Assembly: GCA_965644315.1 (NCBI GenBank)
Contig: CBFFRQ010000080.1
Coordinates: forward strand, 372,001-436,000
DNA length: 64,000 nucleotides
Reading direction: 5' to 3'
DNA from: Caecitellus pseudoparvulus
Lineage: Eukaryota > Protista > Bigyra: Bicosoecida
Made by a program: the position numbers and the translations under genes. A model generated the notes under the pieces. It did not search any database. It was not told the DNA's origin and saw only the letters and a list, made by a program, of their open reading frames with translations. Below, piece by piece: positions 35,755-47,119 of this stretch; the stretch's first letter is position 1; each line of letters starts with the position of its first letter.

Positions 35755-38298
35755 TCACAGCTTCACGAATACCTTTGCCTGGTACAGAGCATATGCAATC
35801 AGCATCCACGTCCCGACGCCAATCATGTTGGAGACCAGCGCCATCGTGTGAGTGCGGAAGATCGGGCCACCGTACCCGCCAACAGGCGGGTAGGGGGTGA
35901 TGGTGAAGGGAAAGTAGTACTGCAGGACCTCTGAGCCGACGTAGACCAGGATGGAGTTTGAGCCGACGTACACAAAGGGGCTGCCGCTCCACAAGTGCCA
36001 TGTGTCCATGGTAATGTACAGCACAGTCACGGACAAAAACGCCATGCCCGCCAGCGTCACGACAAAAGACGGGCTCCACAAGTTCTTGGACAGTGGCAGC
36101 ACTCCTTCGTTTTGCGATGCGCCCGAGAGACCAGCGCCGATGGCGCACAGCACCACCCCCCATGCGGCCCATCGCTGCAGCAGGGGCAAATGGTACGCGA
36201 TGCTCTCCCCTGCATCCCCACTGGCTGCTCCCCGCCTACGGCGTGCTGCAATGATGCGCTTTGTGTTCACCATCATGCGGCCCGCGAGCAAGCCGAGGAA
36301 TGCCATGAAGCTGGCTGTGAGCGCCCCTAGAGTGCCCTCTGGGTCGTACACGTCACACTTGTAGATGTTGGCACAGGTAGCTCCAGAAATGGGCCGGTTT
36401 TCGGCATCAGTGGCGTGGAACATGTGCCTCAACCCCCAAAGCTGCAGGTCTATGTATCGGTGTGCACCGCCCGTGCAATGTGGGTGGCGGGCGAAGTCAC
36501 CAATGCCACCAGGGCCAGTGTAGCCAGTGGGGCAGCCTGGCACGGGCAAGAAGAACTGCAGAACGAGGTACAGTGCAAGGAGGCCACCAAAGAATAAAAA
36601 CTGCAGCGCGTGAGGCAGAATGTCCCCGCAGCAGCCCTGAAGGCAAGTGGGCTCTGCAGACTCCGCCGGGGCGGCAGCAGCCAGCAGTGGCTCACCTGCG
36701 GTTCCAGCACTTGCTCCAGCGGATGGCAATGGCCCTGCGAAGCCCGGAACGTGGCGTGCGGTGTTCAGGCTGGACTTTTCACCCGACTGCACGGTGGAGG
36801 GTTGGGCGGCGCTGGGCGAGCACAAGTTGCACTCAGCACGAGGCAGCCACACCTCAGACAGTCCCACCAGCACTGTGGCTACAGCAAAGTACTGCAGGAC
36901 ACCGGGGATGCGGGCGTTGGAGAGATCTGACGCGTTGTCAATGATGGCAATGCCAAGGACAGCCAGCTTTGCAGCACGGGCCAGCAGGCGGCGGGTCATG
37001 GTCCACTTGCTGACTCCGCGCCGACGCTGTCCCGCCAAGGAGAGAGCCATGCCCACCCCCATGGTCCACAGAAACCAGGGAAAAACCAGGTCTGCCACAG
37101 TCAGCCCAAACCAAGCTGAGTGGTCGAAGAACCAATAGTTCCCACCCCCACTGCCCCCCATGTCATCCACGCCTGATGTGCCTCCGTAGTTCACAAACAC
37201 CATGATGCACAGGGCAGCACCACGGAAGGCGTCGATGCTCTTCACGCGTGAGTTGCTGTCCGGCCTGCCGGAGGCCGCCTCCCCTCCCGACACGTGCACC
37301 GAGTCGACTGTCAGGAAGTCATCCTTTTCTTGAGTCAGCGCGAGGCGTGCATAGACCGCCTTTCCCAGGTGGTATGCGACGCCCAAACACACTGCGACGA
37401 CAGCAGCTACCCACAGCGGCGTGTTTACGTCGTTGCCTCCTGCGTTCACGACGAGGCGCACCCGCGGCGGGGCTGTGTTGGTGATGATGGCATCATACAC
37501 GCCGTGCTCCTTGAAGTGGAAACGCGAGACAACAAACGCAGCCTTCGCAGCTGTGGCGTCCACCCACAGAGTAGTGCAGGGCACGCTGGCGGGGGAAGTG
37601 CACCCTGCTGAGGGCGTGGCCGGGTCGGACTCTGACGCAAGTGTCCAGACCTCTGCCCGATCGCCAGCTTCTTGCTTGGTAAAGTTTACATCGCCACGCT
37701 CCACCTCGATGACGTACTCGTGCTGGGTGGCGATGGCGGCATAGTCACCCATGCCGCTGCCTGCAGGCAGCTTTGCCAGCTCAGGAAGCAGGCAGTGGTA
37801 GCACTCAGACGTCCAAGCCCGGACTAGGACAGAAGCCATGCCAGTGAAGCCGTTCAGCACCCTCATCCGGCCAGTGTCAATGTAGTCGTCTGGCAGCACC
37901 GCTACGCGGTCTTGGAGCAGGTCCAGCAACAAGGGCGCGTCCCCTGGACCGCCTCCCACAGCCAGCACAGACCACGGGCGTCCAGTGCTGCAGTCCAAGG
38001 ACCCCACAGAAGCAACTTCACCGCTAGATAGAGTCATATGCAGTGTCTCGTTGCACGGGGCGCTCGCGTAGGGACTGGTCGTTTGTGCCGTTGTGTTGGC
38101 CAGGGTCGCATTTCCGTGCATCAGAGCAGCCCAGGCGGCTGAGCTGACTTCATTGTGCAATCTCACGCTGACGTGGACAGCAGCACCACTATCATAGGCT
38201 GCACCATGCGCCAAGCCTGCCAGGCCCAGGGCAATGGCTAGCACTAGAGTTGCCCTGCGTGTTGGGGTGTGCTTTGCCAGCAACAATTTCCGCACCAT
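35755..38298 (-). CDS. HGSNAT: Heparan-alpha-glucosaminide N-acetyltransferase
   Basis: Signal peptide, RVKSIDAFRG, MVFVNYGG, HSAWFGLTVADLVFPWF, RIPGVLQ, PVPGCPTGYTGPGG, YDPEG, SKNLWSPSF, GSNSILVYVGSE. Confidence 0.92.
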   Translation of the reverse strand: MVRKLLLAKHTPTRRATLVLAIALGLAGLAHGAAYDSGAAVHVSVRLHNEVSSAAWAALMHGNATLANTTAQTTSPYASAPCNETLHMTLSSGEVASVGSLDCSTGRPWSVLAVGGGPGDAPLLLDLLQDRVAVLPDDYIDTGRMRVLNGFTGMASVLVRAWTSECYHCLLPELAKLPAGSGMGDYAAIATQHEYVIEVERGDVNFTKQEAGDRAEVWTLASESDPATPSAGCTSPASVPCTTLWVDATAAKAAFVVSRFHFKEHGVYDAIITNTAPPRVRLVVNAGGNDVNTPLWVAAVVAVCLGVAYHLGKAVYARLALTQEKDDFLTVDSVHVSGGEAASGRPDSNSRVKSIDAFRGAALCIMVFVNYGGTSGVDDMGGSGGGNYWFFDHSAWFGLTVADLVFPWFLWTMGVGMALSLAGQRRRGVSKWTMTRRLLARAAKLAVLGIAIIDNASDLSNARIPGVLQYFAVATVLVGLSEVWLPRAECNLCSPSAAQPSTVQSGEKSSLNTARHVPGFAGPLPSAGASAGTAGEPLLAAAAPAESAEPTCLQGCCGDILPHALQFLFFGGLLALYLVLQFFLPVPGCPTGYTGPGGIGDFARHPHCTGGAHRYIDLQLWGLRHMFHATDAENRPISGATCANIYKCDVYDPEGTLGALTASFMAFLGLLAGRMMVNTKRIIAARRRRGAASGDAGESIAYHLPLLQRWAAWGVVLCAIGAGLSGASQNEGVLPLSKNLWSPSFVVTLAGMAFLSVTVLYITMDTWHLWSGSPFVYVGSNSILVYVGSEVLQYYFPFTITPYPPVGGYGGPIFRTHTMALVSNMIGVGTWMLIAYALYQAKVFVKL

Positions 38299-38625
38299 GG
38301 TTCCAGCTGCTCTCGCACACCGCGGCGACATGGGCATATAAAACGATAAGCATGTACTCTTGCTCAATACTTACGACCCTCTGTGGGTCGGGGGTTGTGG
38401 GTAGGGTGCTCAGAGTCCGTGGGGGGGTCAGGTGCCCATTGTGACGCATCATTGTATCATTCGAGCATCTTGTTTTCCACCACCACCCTCTGCCATGAGC
38501 GTTGACGCCTCCACAGGCACTTTCCCACACGAACACGAGCCGCCTCCACATCTTTTGAGGTCAATGCAGGTGCAACGCAAGTTTGCGCTGCTGTTGTCGT
38601 CGCCTCCTAGCCACAACAGATCAGA

Positions 38626-39511
38626 ATGTAAGTGCAGTTGCGCAGGCCGAACCAACTGGGGCCAGGGTGCTGGAACCAGCGGTCGGGCTGGCAAGAGCGA
38701 GGGAGCGGTGCTGTGTATGTTTAGAGGCCCTGGTTTGCCAGCATGTGGGCCCCTAGCTGCTGTCTGCTCGGTGCTGGAGCTGCTTTGGCCAGGGGGTGCG
38801 GAAGTTGACCTCCACTCCAGCTCAGTCTGAGCTGGCCCCTGGTCAGGCGTGCTGGCCCAGCTGCTGTGTGCAACAGCCACAGTGCTCAGCTGTGTCCCAT
38901 CTCTTGCCCAGTATCGTGGTGTACATCGCGGGGTTGAGCCGCGAGAGTTGTCCTGCGTCGCAACGAGCCACTGGCTCGGTGCTCACTCTTGGTTCCCTTT
39001 GCTCCCCTTGCTCAGGCCTCACAGCTTCGGGTACCGCGCCCGCACGCGCGACATGTTCGCCCGCCCCTTCCGCAAGTCCGGCACCATCGCCCTGGGCGTG
39101 TACACAAAGCCCCTGAAGGTCGGCGACATCGTTGACATCGTGGTGAACGGCGCCTGCCACAAGGGTATGCCCCACCGCTTCTACCACGGCCGCACTGGCG
39201 TGATCTTCAACGTGTCCCGCCGTGGTGTGGGTGTTGAGGTGAACAAGCTCGTCCGCGGGCGCATCCTGAAGAAGGCCATTAACGTGCGCGTGGAGCACGT
39301 GCGCCCCTCCAACAGCCGCAAGGGCTTCCTGGACCGCGTTGAGAAGAACGAGACTCTCAAGCGCGAGGCCAAGGCCAAGGGCGAGGTCGTGAACAAGGCC
39401 CTGCTGAAGCGCATCCCCGAGCAGCCCCGTGCTGGCTACGTCGTCAAGGCGCAGCAGGGTGACAGCCTCCCCGTGGTCATCACCCCCAAGCCTTTCGACG
39501 AGATGTTGTAA
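38626..39511 (+). CDS. RPL21: 60S ribosomal protein L21 (eL21); start codon split by a 388-nt intron
   Basis: AT|GTAAGT (38628)...CTCAG|G (39015) gives M-PHSFGYRARTRDMF...KVGDIVDI...HKGMPHRFYHGRTG...VRVEHVRPS. Strong codon bias. Confidence 0.95.
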
Positions 39512-39881
39512 ACGGAGCAGTGTGTCGCCGGCTCACCTGGGTGCTGCTTGCGTCCAATGGAGGTTCAGTTCACATGTACATCACGCACTCCACGCTTGCT
39601 CCTCGCCAGTTTGTTTATGTCCTGCGCTGTGCCCCTTGTGGCTTCCTTGCTTGCCCCCTCTAACTCCTGCACGTGAAAAGCCCAAGGCAGCAAATTCGCA
39701 ACACCGTTCCAACCAATCTCGCTGCAGTAGTTGCCACCACGGTGGTCATCGCACCACTCGCTCTCCAAGTGGCGTTGCCGGCAGCTTGTGCGGGCCTTGC
39801 CGCGTGAAGCCAGCCAGCCCGATTTGGACACGTCGCTCTGCGCGTGGGAGGAGGCTCCACGAACAGCACGACACATTCAGC

Positions 39882-41110
39882 ATGGAGCCCATCGTCATCT
39901 TTTTCATCATCTACATCTCCATTCCGCTTCTGGTGGGTACCTGATGCACGGCGCCAGGTGCAAATTGGCCCAGGACATTTCCGCGCTGTGTCCTGACGCT
40001 CTGCGCAGTTGCTGCTGGTGTACACCGTCCGCCGGCTGCAGGTGGTGGAGCAGGGGACAGCGATGATTATTGAGAGGTGCGTCGCTTGCCTGGCACAGAG
40101 TGGCGTGAATGCTGGGGTGGAGCGGCGCCTGTCACGTGCGTGTGCTGGCTTGCGCTCAGGTACGGCAAGTTCTACAAGCGGGCAAACGCAGGCCTCCATG
40201 TCCTCGTTCCCATCCTTGACGAAATCCGGTACATCACTTGGTACGTGCATGCACCTGTGCGCATCATTGCCGCTGTGAGTGAACTCCTGGTGCCGGCGCC
40301 TGGTGTCACAGGCGCGAGACCGATGTGTCCATTTCCACGTCATTTGCTGGCTCCTCTGAGCAAGTCAAGGTCACCCAGACGTCGCTGTCCAGGGTGGACC
40401 TTCGTGAGAACGTCATGGACTTCGTCACGCAGAGCATCATCACGAGGGACAACGTGCAGCTGGACGTGCACCCCATGCTGGTGTACCGCCTGATTGACCC
40501 GGTGCGCGTTGCGTACGAGACGTTTGACCTGTCCCACGCCGTGGAGAAGCTGGTGCAGACGACCCTGCGGTCAGTCATCGGCGACATGGGCTTGGATGAC
40601 ACGCTGGCATCTCGAGAGGAAATCGAGCGAGGCATGAGCACGCGCATTCGCCACATCTGCCGCGACTGGGGCTTGGAGATCAAGTCTGTGGAGCTGCTGG
40701 AGATCACCCCCAACCGTACAGTCCAAGAGGCCATGCACAAGCAGATTGGCGCCGAGCGTGTGCGCCGAGCCAACATCGTCACCGCCGACGGCGTGCGCGA
40801 GAAGCTCAAGCTGGAGGCAGAGGGGCACATGCAGGCTGCCATTGCCGTGGCCACCGGGCACCAGCGTGTTGCCATCACGCAGGCAACTGGCAGCGCTGAT
40901 GCCCGCTTGGCCATCGCCAAAGCTGAGGCTGAGGCAGTGCGGCTCATCGCCGAGTCCCTGCGTGAGTTCGACGTGAACCCCGTGCAGTACATGATCGGCC
41001 TCAAGTACATCCAAACCATGAGGTCCATTGCTGGCGCTGCATCCAAGCGCTCCGTGTACTTCCCGTATGAAGCGGATGTCGTGGGGTCTTTGGCAGAGCT
41101 GTCCAGGTAG
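39882..41110 (+). CDS. SPFH/band-7 (stomatin-like) membrane protein, about 3 introns
   Basis: N-terminal TM MEPIVIFFIIYISIPLL|LLVY, IIER|YGKF...GLHVLVP, DLRE...QSIITRDNVQLDV, TTLRSVIGDMGLDDTLASREEI, WGLEIKSVELLEITP, AMHKQIGAERVRRA. Confidence 0.9.
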
Positions 41111-41319
41111 AGGCAGCGCACCCCCCCCTCCCTCCCCCTGTGATGTGAACCGTGCAGAGCTCGTACGGCACCAAAGCAATGTACACTGTGCACACGAGAT
41201 GCCGAGCACCATTGTACAGGCTGGAACAGGCACTCCCAACTCACGTTTGTGGCGAATCCTTGGCCGGACGAGGCTGCCCTCTGCACTCCACAACCGCCCA
41301 TTGGGCTTCGAAGAGCAGC

Positions 41320-41726
41320 ATGGCCAGCGAGTTGAAGGCACCCAAACCCCCCGTCATCAATTTCCCGCAGGTGTGTGCCTGAGCCGCGCTTCGCTTCCGG
41401 CAACTGCGGGTGCATTCGATTTCCGCACTCGCCCCTGGGCGCAGGAGACCACCCTGAACGTCTGGTGGGAGCCTGTGGAAGGCGCGACGCAGTACAAGAT
41501 CATTTACAGGGCATTCTCGGATCCCTGGGACTCCGCTCAGTCGTTGACTGTGGACGGGAACGTGACCAAGACAGTCGTTGCAGACCTGGAGCAGCAAACC
41601 ACATACCAGTTCAAGCTCATTGCCGTGATTGGGGGTGAGGAAACCCCGCCCAGTGTGGAGACCAGCGCGAACACCCTGCAGAGTGACTGCACCCCAAAGG
41701 GCCAGAGGACATGCCTGATCCAGTGA
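41320..41726 (+). CDS. Small stand-alone fibronectin type III protein with CaaX box
   Basis: MASELKAPKPPVINFPQ|ETTLNVWWEPVEGATQYKIIY...DLEQQTTYQFKLIAV...DCTPKGQRTCLIQ*. One GT..AG intron at about 41371-41444. Confidence 0.8.
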
Positions 41727-41749
41727 GGCAGCAGGCAGGGAAATGCATG

Positions 41750-44059
41750 TCACTTGCGTGCCACGGGGGAGAGCAGGATGTCCGCTGAACGCTCAGCACG
41801 GGGAGCAGGCTTCCGAGCTGGCGAGAAGAGACGGTTCAGACCGCGCAAGGGGGTCCGCGTGCTCTGTTGCGCTTGCTCTGCTGCGCTTCGCCTCGCTGCC
41901 GGGCTGCCGTCCACATGCTGCAGCACGCTTGCCACCGTGCTCGGGCGTGCAGGCGTGCCTGCCACCGGCTCCTGGCGAGGTGGGTTCGCAGGGCGGCGCA
42001 ATGGCGACCAAAGGTCCGCAAGACTGCGCCTCACTGGAGCCTTGTGTGTGGACTGGCGTGTGGGGGGCGTTGCCGGCGCTGGTGCGATGGGGGAGTCGGT
42101 GGGGGGCGGGTACGCCACAAACAAGTCCAGGACACACTCCCCTTCCCCCACAACCGCCGTGGGACACAGGGCACCAAAGCCAAATGGCCCGCCCAAAGCC
42201 AGTGCCTGGCTCTGTGACAGGCCGCCCACTCTCTGCAGCAGGAGGGCTGCTGCCTTCATCCCGGCTTCAGGCGAGGCCAAGGGGTGGACGTGACGGGGCG
42301 TCTTGCTCTGCGGCAGGGGGGTGGCGGGTACGTCCACAGGTGACTGTTGAGAGGATGTGCACGCAGTGTGGGGCATGCCCTGGCCCAAAGGAGTGCCGCG
42401 GGCCCTGCCTGCGGGCTGTGCCAAGCCGTACAGTACCCGGCTCGGTGACCAGGGCGAGCCTGCTGAAGCGTCAGAGGCCACTGACGGGGCTGGCAGCTGC
42501 ACGGGGGGCGTGACACCAGGACTGCTCAGTGGCATGGCAGGACTTGGTGATGCCAGGTGGCGCTTGAGCATGGCTTGCGCCAAGGGAGACGCCATGCCGC
42601 GCAAGCCGGTGCCACGCCGCACAGCAGAGGGCGTGCCCGTGCGAGGCGAGACCAGGCCAGTCCCTGCAGGGGCAGGCGTGCGTGGGCTGGGGGACGCAAG
42701 CGCCTCCTTGGCGGGCTGGGGCATGGGTGGCGTCGCGGGACTGGCTGCGTTCAGAGTGGCATGCACTTTGCCCGGGTGCAGCCAGGCTGAGCAGGACCGT
42801 CCCCCGGCACCCGCATCTTCCTCCTGCACAGCCGCCCTCGCCGCCTCCCACAAGCTCTTGGCAAGGTGGCTGGGCAAGCCACAGTCTGAGAATAAGGCGT
42901 GCCCCAGGATGAGGGCTCCGCTCGCGACGTTGGCGCCAAGGCTTTGCAGGCAACCAACCACGCTGGCAGCGGCATCCGGGTGCTGCGCCAGGGCACTGCG
43001 GACAGACTGCCCTGCAGGCAGGCAGGCCAGCAGGTCTTCTTGGCCACAGCGCAGCGTGCCCAAGGCCAATGCAGTCAGGAGGCGGGGCCCCACCGCACAG
43101 GGCCCTGTGGACAAGGGTACGTTTGCCACTGGCACCCCCCTCCAGGTGCCGGTTTCACTGCAACAGCAGGCAGCACCAGCGTGCACAGTGAAGAGGAAGT
43201 CCCAAAGGTGTGCCACGACGGGGGACGGGCACGCATTCAGCCACATGCACAGCATCCACCGCGGCGCCAGAGCATCAGCTGTGAAGCCGGCACTGTCCAT
43301 GACGGCATGCACCCCCGGCAGGACTTCGGGGAGGCGGGAAGTGAGCATCTTTGTCATGACTCGCACTGTCGGCATGCCCTCTGCGTACATGCCAGGCAGC
43401 ACTCGCGTGATGATGGCTAGCGTGAGCCAGAAGGCGCGCTGCTCCAGGTCGGCCGGCACAGCGTCAGGCAACCCGCCCGCCTCCCCGCCCAGCACCAGCA
43501 AGGCAAATCCACCGACAAAGTTCATACCTTGTGTGTATCCCACTGGCTTGCAAGCCAGGGCGACAGCTCGAAGGATGCGCCTGAGGGAGTGAAGGACATT
43601 GGTGCCAGAGCGGGTCTGGCGAACTTCGGCTTCGCAGTTCACGTTGACCGCCTCAGCTGCAAACTGCAGGGCAGCAGCCCTGAAGGCAGATTGGGTACAG
43701 AATGTACGTGGAAGGTCCAGTTCAATTTGGCGCAGGCATTTCGCAGTGAGCTCCTCTGCGGCACAGCTGCTCAGTCGCGCGAAGGTAGTTTCGCCTGCGT
43801 TACGCGCCAACGGCAGGGCACCTGTTAGGCCCTCCCAGAGGCGTGCCCTGCACGACACCGGGAAGCCGTGGTGCATGGCAAAGGGAATGACATCATCTAC
43901 CGTCACATCGCTTGCTTCCTTTCCCTTCCAAGCTTCGTCAGCGTCCTGTGCAGCCTGCTGGAGCTGGTGCAGGACAGGGCCTGGCGCAGAGGTCAGGTCA
44001 AAGCCATACACATCCACGCAGGGGGAGGCGTGCGCCCCATGTTCAGTTGAAGCTGCCAT
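41750..44059 (-). CDS. TBC-domain Rab GTPase-activating protein
   Basis: VDVYGF, GFPVSCRARLW, QIELDLPRT (Arg finger), GYTQGMNFVGG (Gln finger), AFWL, RWMLC, HLWDFLF. The start is chosen among several ATGs. Confidence 0.85.
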   Translation of the reverse strand: MAASTEHGAHASPCVDVYGFDLTSAPGPVLHQLQQAAQDADEAWKGKEASDVTVDDVIPFAMHHGFPVSCRARLWEGLTGALPLARNAGETTFARLSSCAAEELTAKCLRQIELDLPRTFCTQSAFRAAALQFAAEAVNVNCEAEVRQTRSGTNVLHSLRRILRAVALACKPVGYTQGMNFVGGFALLVLGGEAGGLPDAVPADLEQRAFWLTLAIITRVLPGMYAEGMPTVRVMTKMLTSRLPEVLPGVHAVMDSAGFTADALAPRWMLCMWLNACPSPVVAHLWDFLFTVHAGAACCCSETGTWRGVPVANVPLSTGPCAVGPRLLTALALGTLRCGQEDLLACLPAGQSVRSALAQHPDAAASVVGCLQSLGANVASGALILGHALFSDCGLPSHLAKSLWEAARAAVQEEDAGAGGRSCSAWLHPGKVHATLNAASPATPPMPQPAKEALASPSPRTPAPAGTGLVSPRTGTPSAVRRGTGLRGMASPLAQAMLKRHLASPSPAMPLSSPGVTPPVQLPAPSVASDASAGSPWSPSRVLYGLAQPAGRARGTPLGQGMPHTACTSSQQSPVDVPATPLPQSKTPRHVHPLASPEAGMKAAALLLQRVGGLSQSQALALGGPFGFGALCPTAVVGEGECVLDLFVAYPPPTDSPIAPAPATPPTRQSTHKAPVRRSLADLWSPLRRPANPPRQEPVAGTPARPSTVASVLQHVDGSPAARRSAAEQAQQSTRTPLRGLNRLFSPARKPAPRAERSADILLSPVARK

Positions 44060-44130
44060 GCCGGCGATGAATGGTATGATTCCATGCATTGCACGCACTG
44101 AAAGTGCTGGGGGCGGGAGGTTTGTGCTCA

Positions 44131-46661
44131 TTACTCGTTCTGCTTCCCGCGCGTGCGCAGCCAAAGTGCGCTGAAGGCAATGAAGCGGTATATGAACACC
44201 ATGCTGCACAGCACGACGAGATCCACGGTGGTGTCACGCTCAGGGAAGTAGATGTTGAGGACCTGGTCTCCAGAGACAAAGGGGCATTGCTCGGAACCTG
44301 GGATCGCGCTACCAGGGCAGTCAATGGTGCGGTCGCTCCAGATGACGGTGGCCAGCAAGTTGTACGCGTAGCGGAACCAAGACAGGTACTCTAGCCATGC
44401 CAGCCAGTCGGGGATGGAGGAGAGGTTGATGAAAAGGCCGCCAAAAAGGAGGAAGGGCAGGACGATGGCGGGGCCAACGGCCAGTGCGACGTCGACGGAG
44501 GGGACAGCGGTGGAGACGAGGTAGCCCAGGGAGATGGCGGTGTTGGAGGCGAGGAGGATGATGCCTGTGAAGGCCAGCCACTCCACTGCGCTGTCATTGT
44601 CAGAGAGCCCCACCATCCAGAAGACAAGGGTGCAGAAGATGGCGGGGAAGATGAGCTGGAAGGCGAAGTCCGCGCAGGTCTTGGCCAGGTAGTAGGCCGA
44701 CACGGTGTAGCAGCCAGACTCGTGCTCCCGCATAAAGATGGGGCGCTCCATTGGGAAGGTCTGCATGACGCCGAAGATACCGGAGAAAGACTGGTTGATG
44801 AGCACAAAGAACATGGCGCCGTTGATGTTCTGCACGATCTGCTGGTTGTTCTCCAAGCGTAGGTAGATGAGACCAGCAAGCAGTCCCAAGAAGAGAGTCT
44901 GTCCCAGGCGAGCCTTAGTGAGAATGGGGTCTCGCAAGGTATTCGTGAGGGCACGGGAGAAAAGCACGGTGAACTGGCGGCACCAGTTCACGCGGAAGTG
45001 CTCCACGTCTTGCGCAGTCAGCTCCGAGAAGCGCCCCGCGTCTGCGCCGTGCACCTCCACCCCCGTGCCCTTGCCGTCCTCCGCATCAGCAGCAGGGGCA
45101 ACTTGCCCTGCTGAGGGTGCCTTCGCGCTACCCATGGTCGGGGCAGGGCGCGCAGCGTGTGCCTTGGCCGATTCGGAGTCCTCCCATCCCTTCGCAATGG
45201 CCAGCACCTCCTCGTACCGTTCGTCACCGGGCTGCACCGCCAACATCTTGATGAAGAAGTCAGCAGGGTTCGTGAACTCGGGGCAGGTGTACTTGGGGCC
45301 GAACTGCGCGAAGTACTCCACGGCGCCGTCTCGAGAGCCGTAGTACACAGTGCGCCCGTGCCACATGAGCAGCAGCTTGTCAAACAGGGAGTACGTCTCG
45401 GAGGAGGGCTGGTGGATGGTGGAGATGACCGTGCGCCCGCTAGCAGCCAGCGCCTTCATCATCTTCACCACTTGGTACGCCATGTCGGAGTCCAGCCCCG
45501 AAGTCGGCTCGTCCGCGAACAGGACAGACGGGTTGGTGATGATTTCGCTGGCAAAGGACAGGCGCTTGCGCTCACCGCCAGAGATGCCCCGGCTCAAGCC
45601 CGAGCTGAGGGAGCCAATGACGTTGTTCTGGCACTTTTGCAGGCGCAACGCTGCGATGAGCTTATCCACAAACTCAAACTTCTCCTCATCGGGGATGGTC
45701 TGGTCCATGCGCAGCTGGGCCTGGTACCGCAGGTGTTCCCGCACAGTCAAGGAGCCGAGGAACAAGTCTTCTTGCTGGACGAAGGCCGTGATGCGGTTGA
45801 ACACGCTGGTGTCCACAGCCTTGCCATTGACCGTCACGGAGCCGTCGTTCTTCTCGTTTCGGCGGGACACGACGTTCAGCAGGGATGTCTTGCCTGCGCC
45901 AGAGGCGCCCATGATGGCGACCATCTCGCCAGGGTACACCACACCATTGTTGTCAAAGAGGATCTTCACGGTGGGTGTGATGTCGGGGTTCTTTGCGGAG
46001 CTGCGTGGAGGGGCGGTGCTCAGTGCTGCAGGCGTGAAACTCGCGTCTGAGTCGGGGACTCGCGCACACGTCACACTGCAACCACGCGGACACAGGCGCC
46101 CTTGCGACTCACCAGAGACCCTGTCCTTGGGCTGCTTTGTTGTCAACAGTCAAGCTGATGTCTGCGCAGCACAGGGAGTGTTGTTGTGAAGTGGGCCGGA
46201 AAGGTCAGAAACAGTGTGTGTCAGGTGTGACGGCAGAATGCAAGCGTGCCCGATGGCAGCGCGGGGGGAGCTTGAACTGGAAAGACGAACACACTACATA
46301 CCCTTCCAGCTCAAAGCAATGGGGATGACGCCGCCGACTTGCCTGTGAAGCGCCCGCGAAAGGCGAAATGAGTGAACGGCAGCTGCACGGGATTCCATGC
46401 GGAAAATGAGCCATCCGCTCGTGGTCCGAGCGCGCATTTCTCCACGCACCCGATGTCGGAGTAGTCCTCGCCGTCATCGAAGATTGTTTCTGTGATGTCG
46501 ATACTGGCCTGATGCAGCTTGGGTGCTGCCGTCGCATCAGAGGGCTGGGGCGCAGCAGCTGGCGCCGGTGACACGGCCTGCTCCTCTGACGTAGCAGGCA
46601 CAACAGCATCCACACTGGCTGCAGCGTCCAGCTGAGGAGACTGGCCCCCGGAATCTGACAT
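44131..46661 (-). CDS. ABCG (White-like) half transporter
   Basis: Walker A GASGAGKTS, signature ISGGERKR, Walker B LFADEPTSGLDS, TIHQPS, NPADF, C-terminal ABC2 TM domain (ERPIFMRE, YYLAK). Upstream exons MSDSGG..., IALSWK|DISL. Confidence 0.93.
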
Positions 46662-47119
46662 AGTGGTGACAGGTAGGGGGTCTTGGCCGAGAAAACCCTG
46701 CTGTCAGGCAGAGCAGGTGGCAGTTTGCGAAGCGCAGCGCAAGCAAGCTGGGAATGGACAGCTGCGTGGCGGGCGCAGTTGCAGAGCCACTTGGGCGTGG
46801 GCAAAAGAGTGGGAAGTGGGAGTGTGTGGTGAAGTGCTGATGATCGGCAGCTGCTGCCGTCAAGCTGTGCGTAACACTGAGGGGGGGGGATGGCAAACTC
46901 GACCCTCTCCACTGCCGCAGGCAAGCTTGCCACCAGCTTCACGTGCAGCCCACGGGGCAGTGCGACAAAACCAAACGTTCAGAGCAGAAAACAGACCCAA
47001 TCGGACCGCAAGGATACATTCTATTGGCCCCTTTCAGCACGAAGGGCTCCCTCCTGCGGAGCACTTGCCCGCGGCGTTTCAACAGCGTTGCACTGGGTGT
47101 TCGACTCGCTTCACGCACC

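Noticed and set aside
38628-39015. Calling a C/D or H/ACA snoRNA in the RPL21 intron
   Set aside because: CTGA is present, but no RTGATGA box C or convincing ANANNA box H was found. Kept only as a structured-intron finding.
44129-44133. TAATG stop/start overlap between ABCG and TBC genes, suggesting translational coupling
   Set aside because: A downstream ATG (44059) is available and the 3'-end motif AATGCAT lies between the two, so separate transcripts are more likely.
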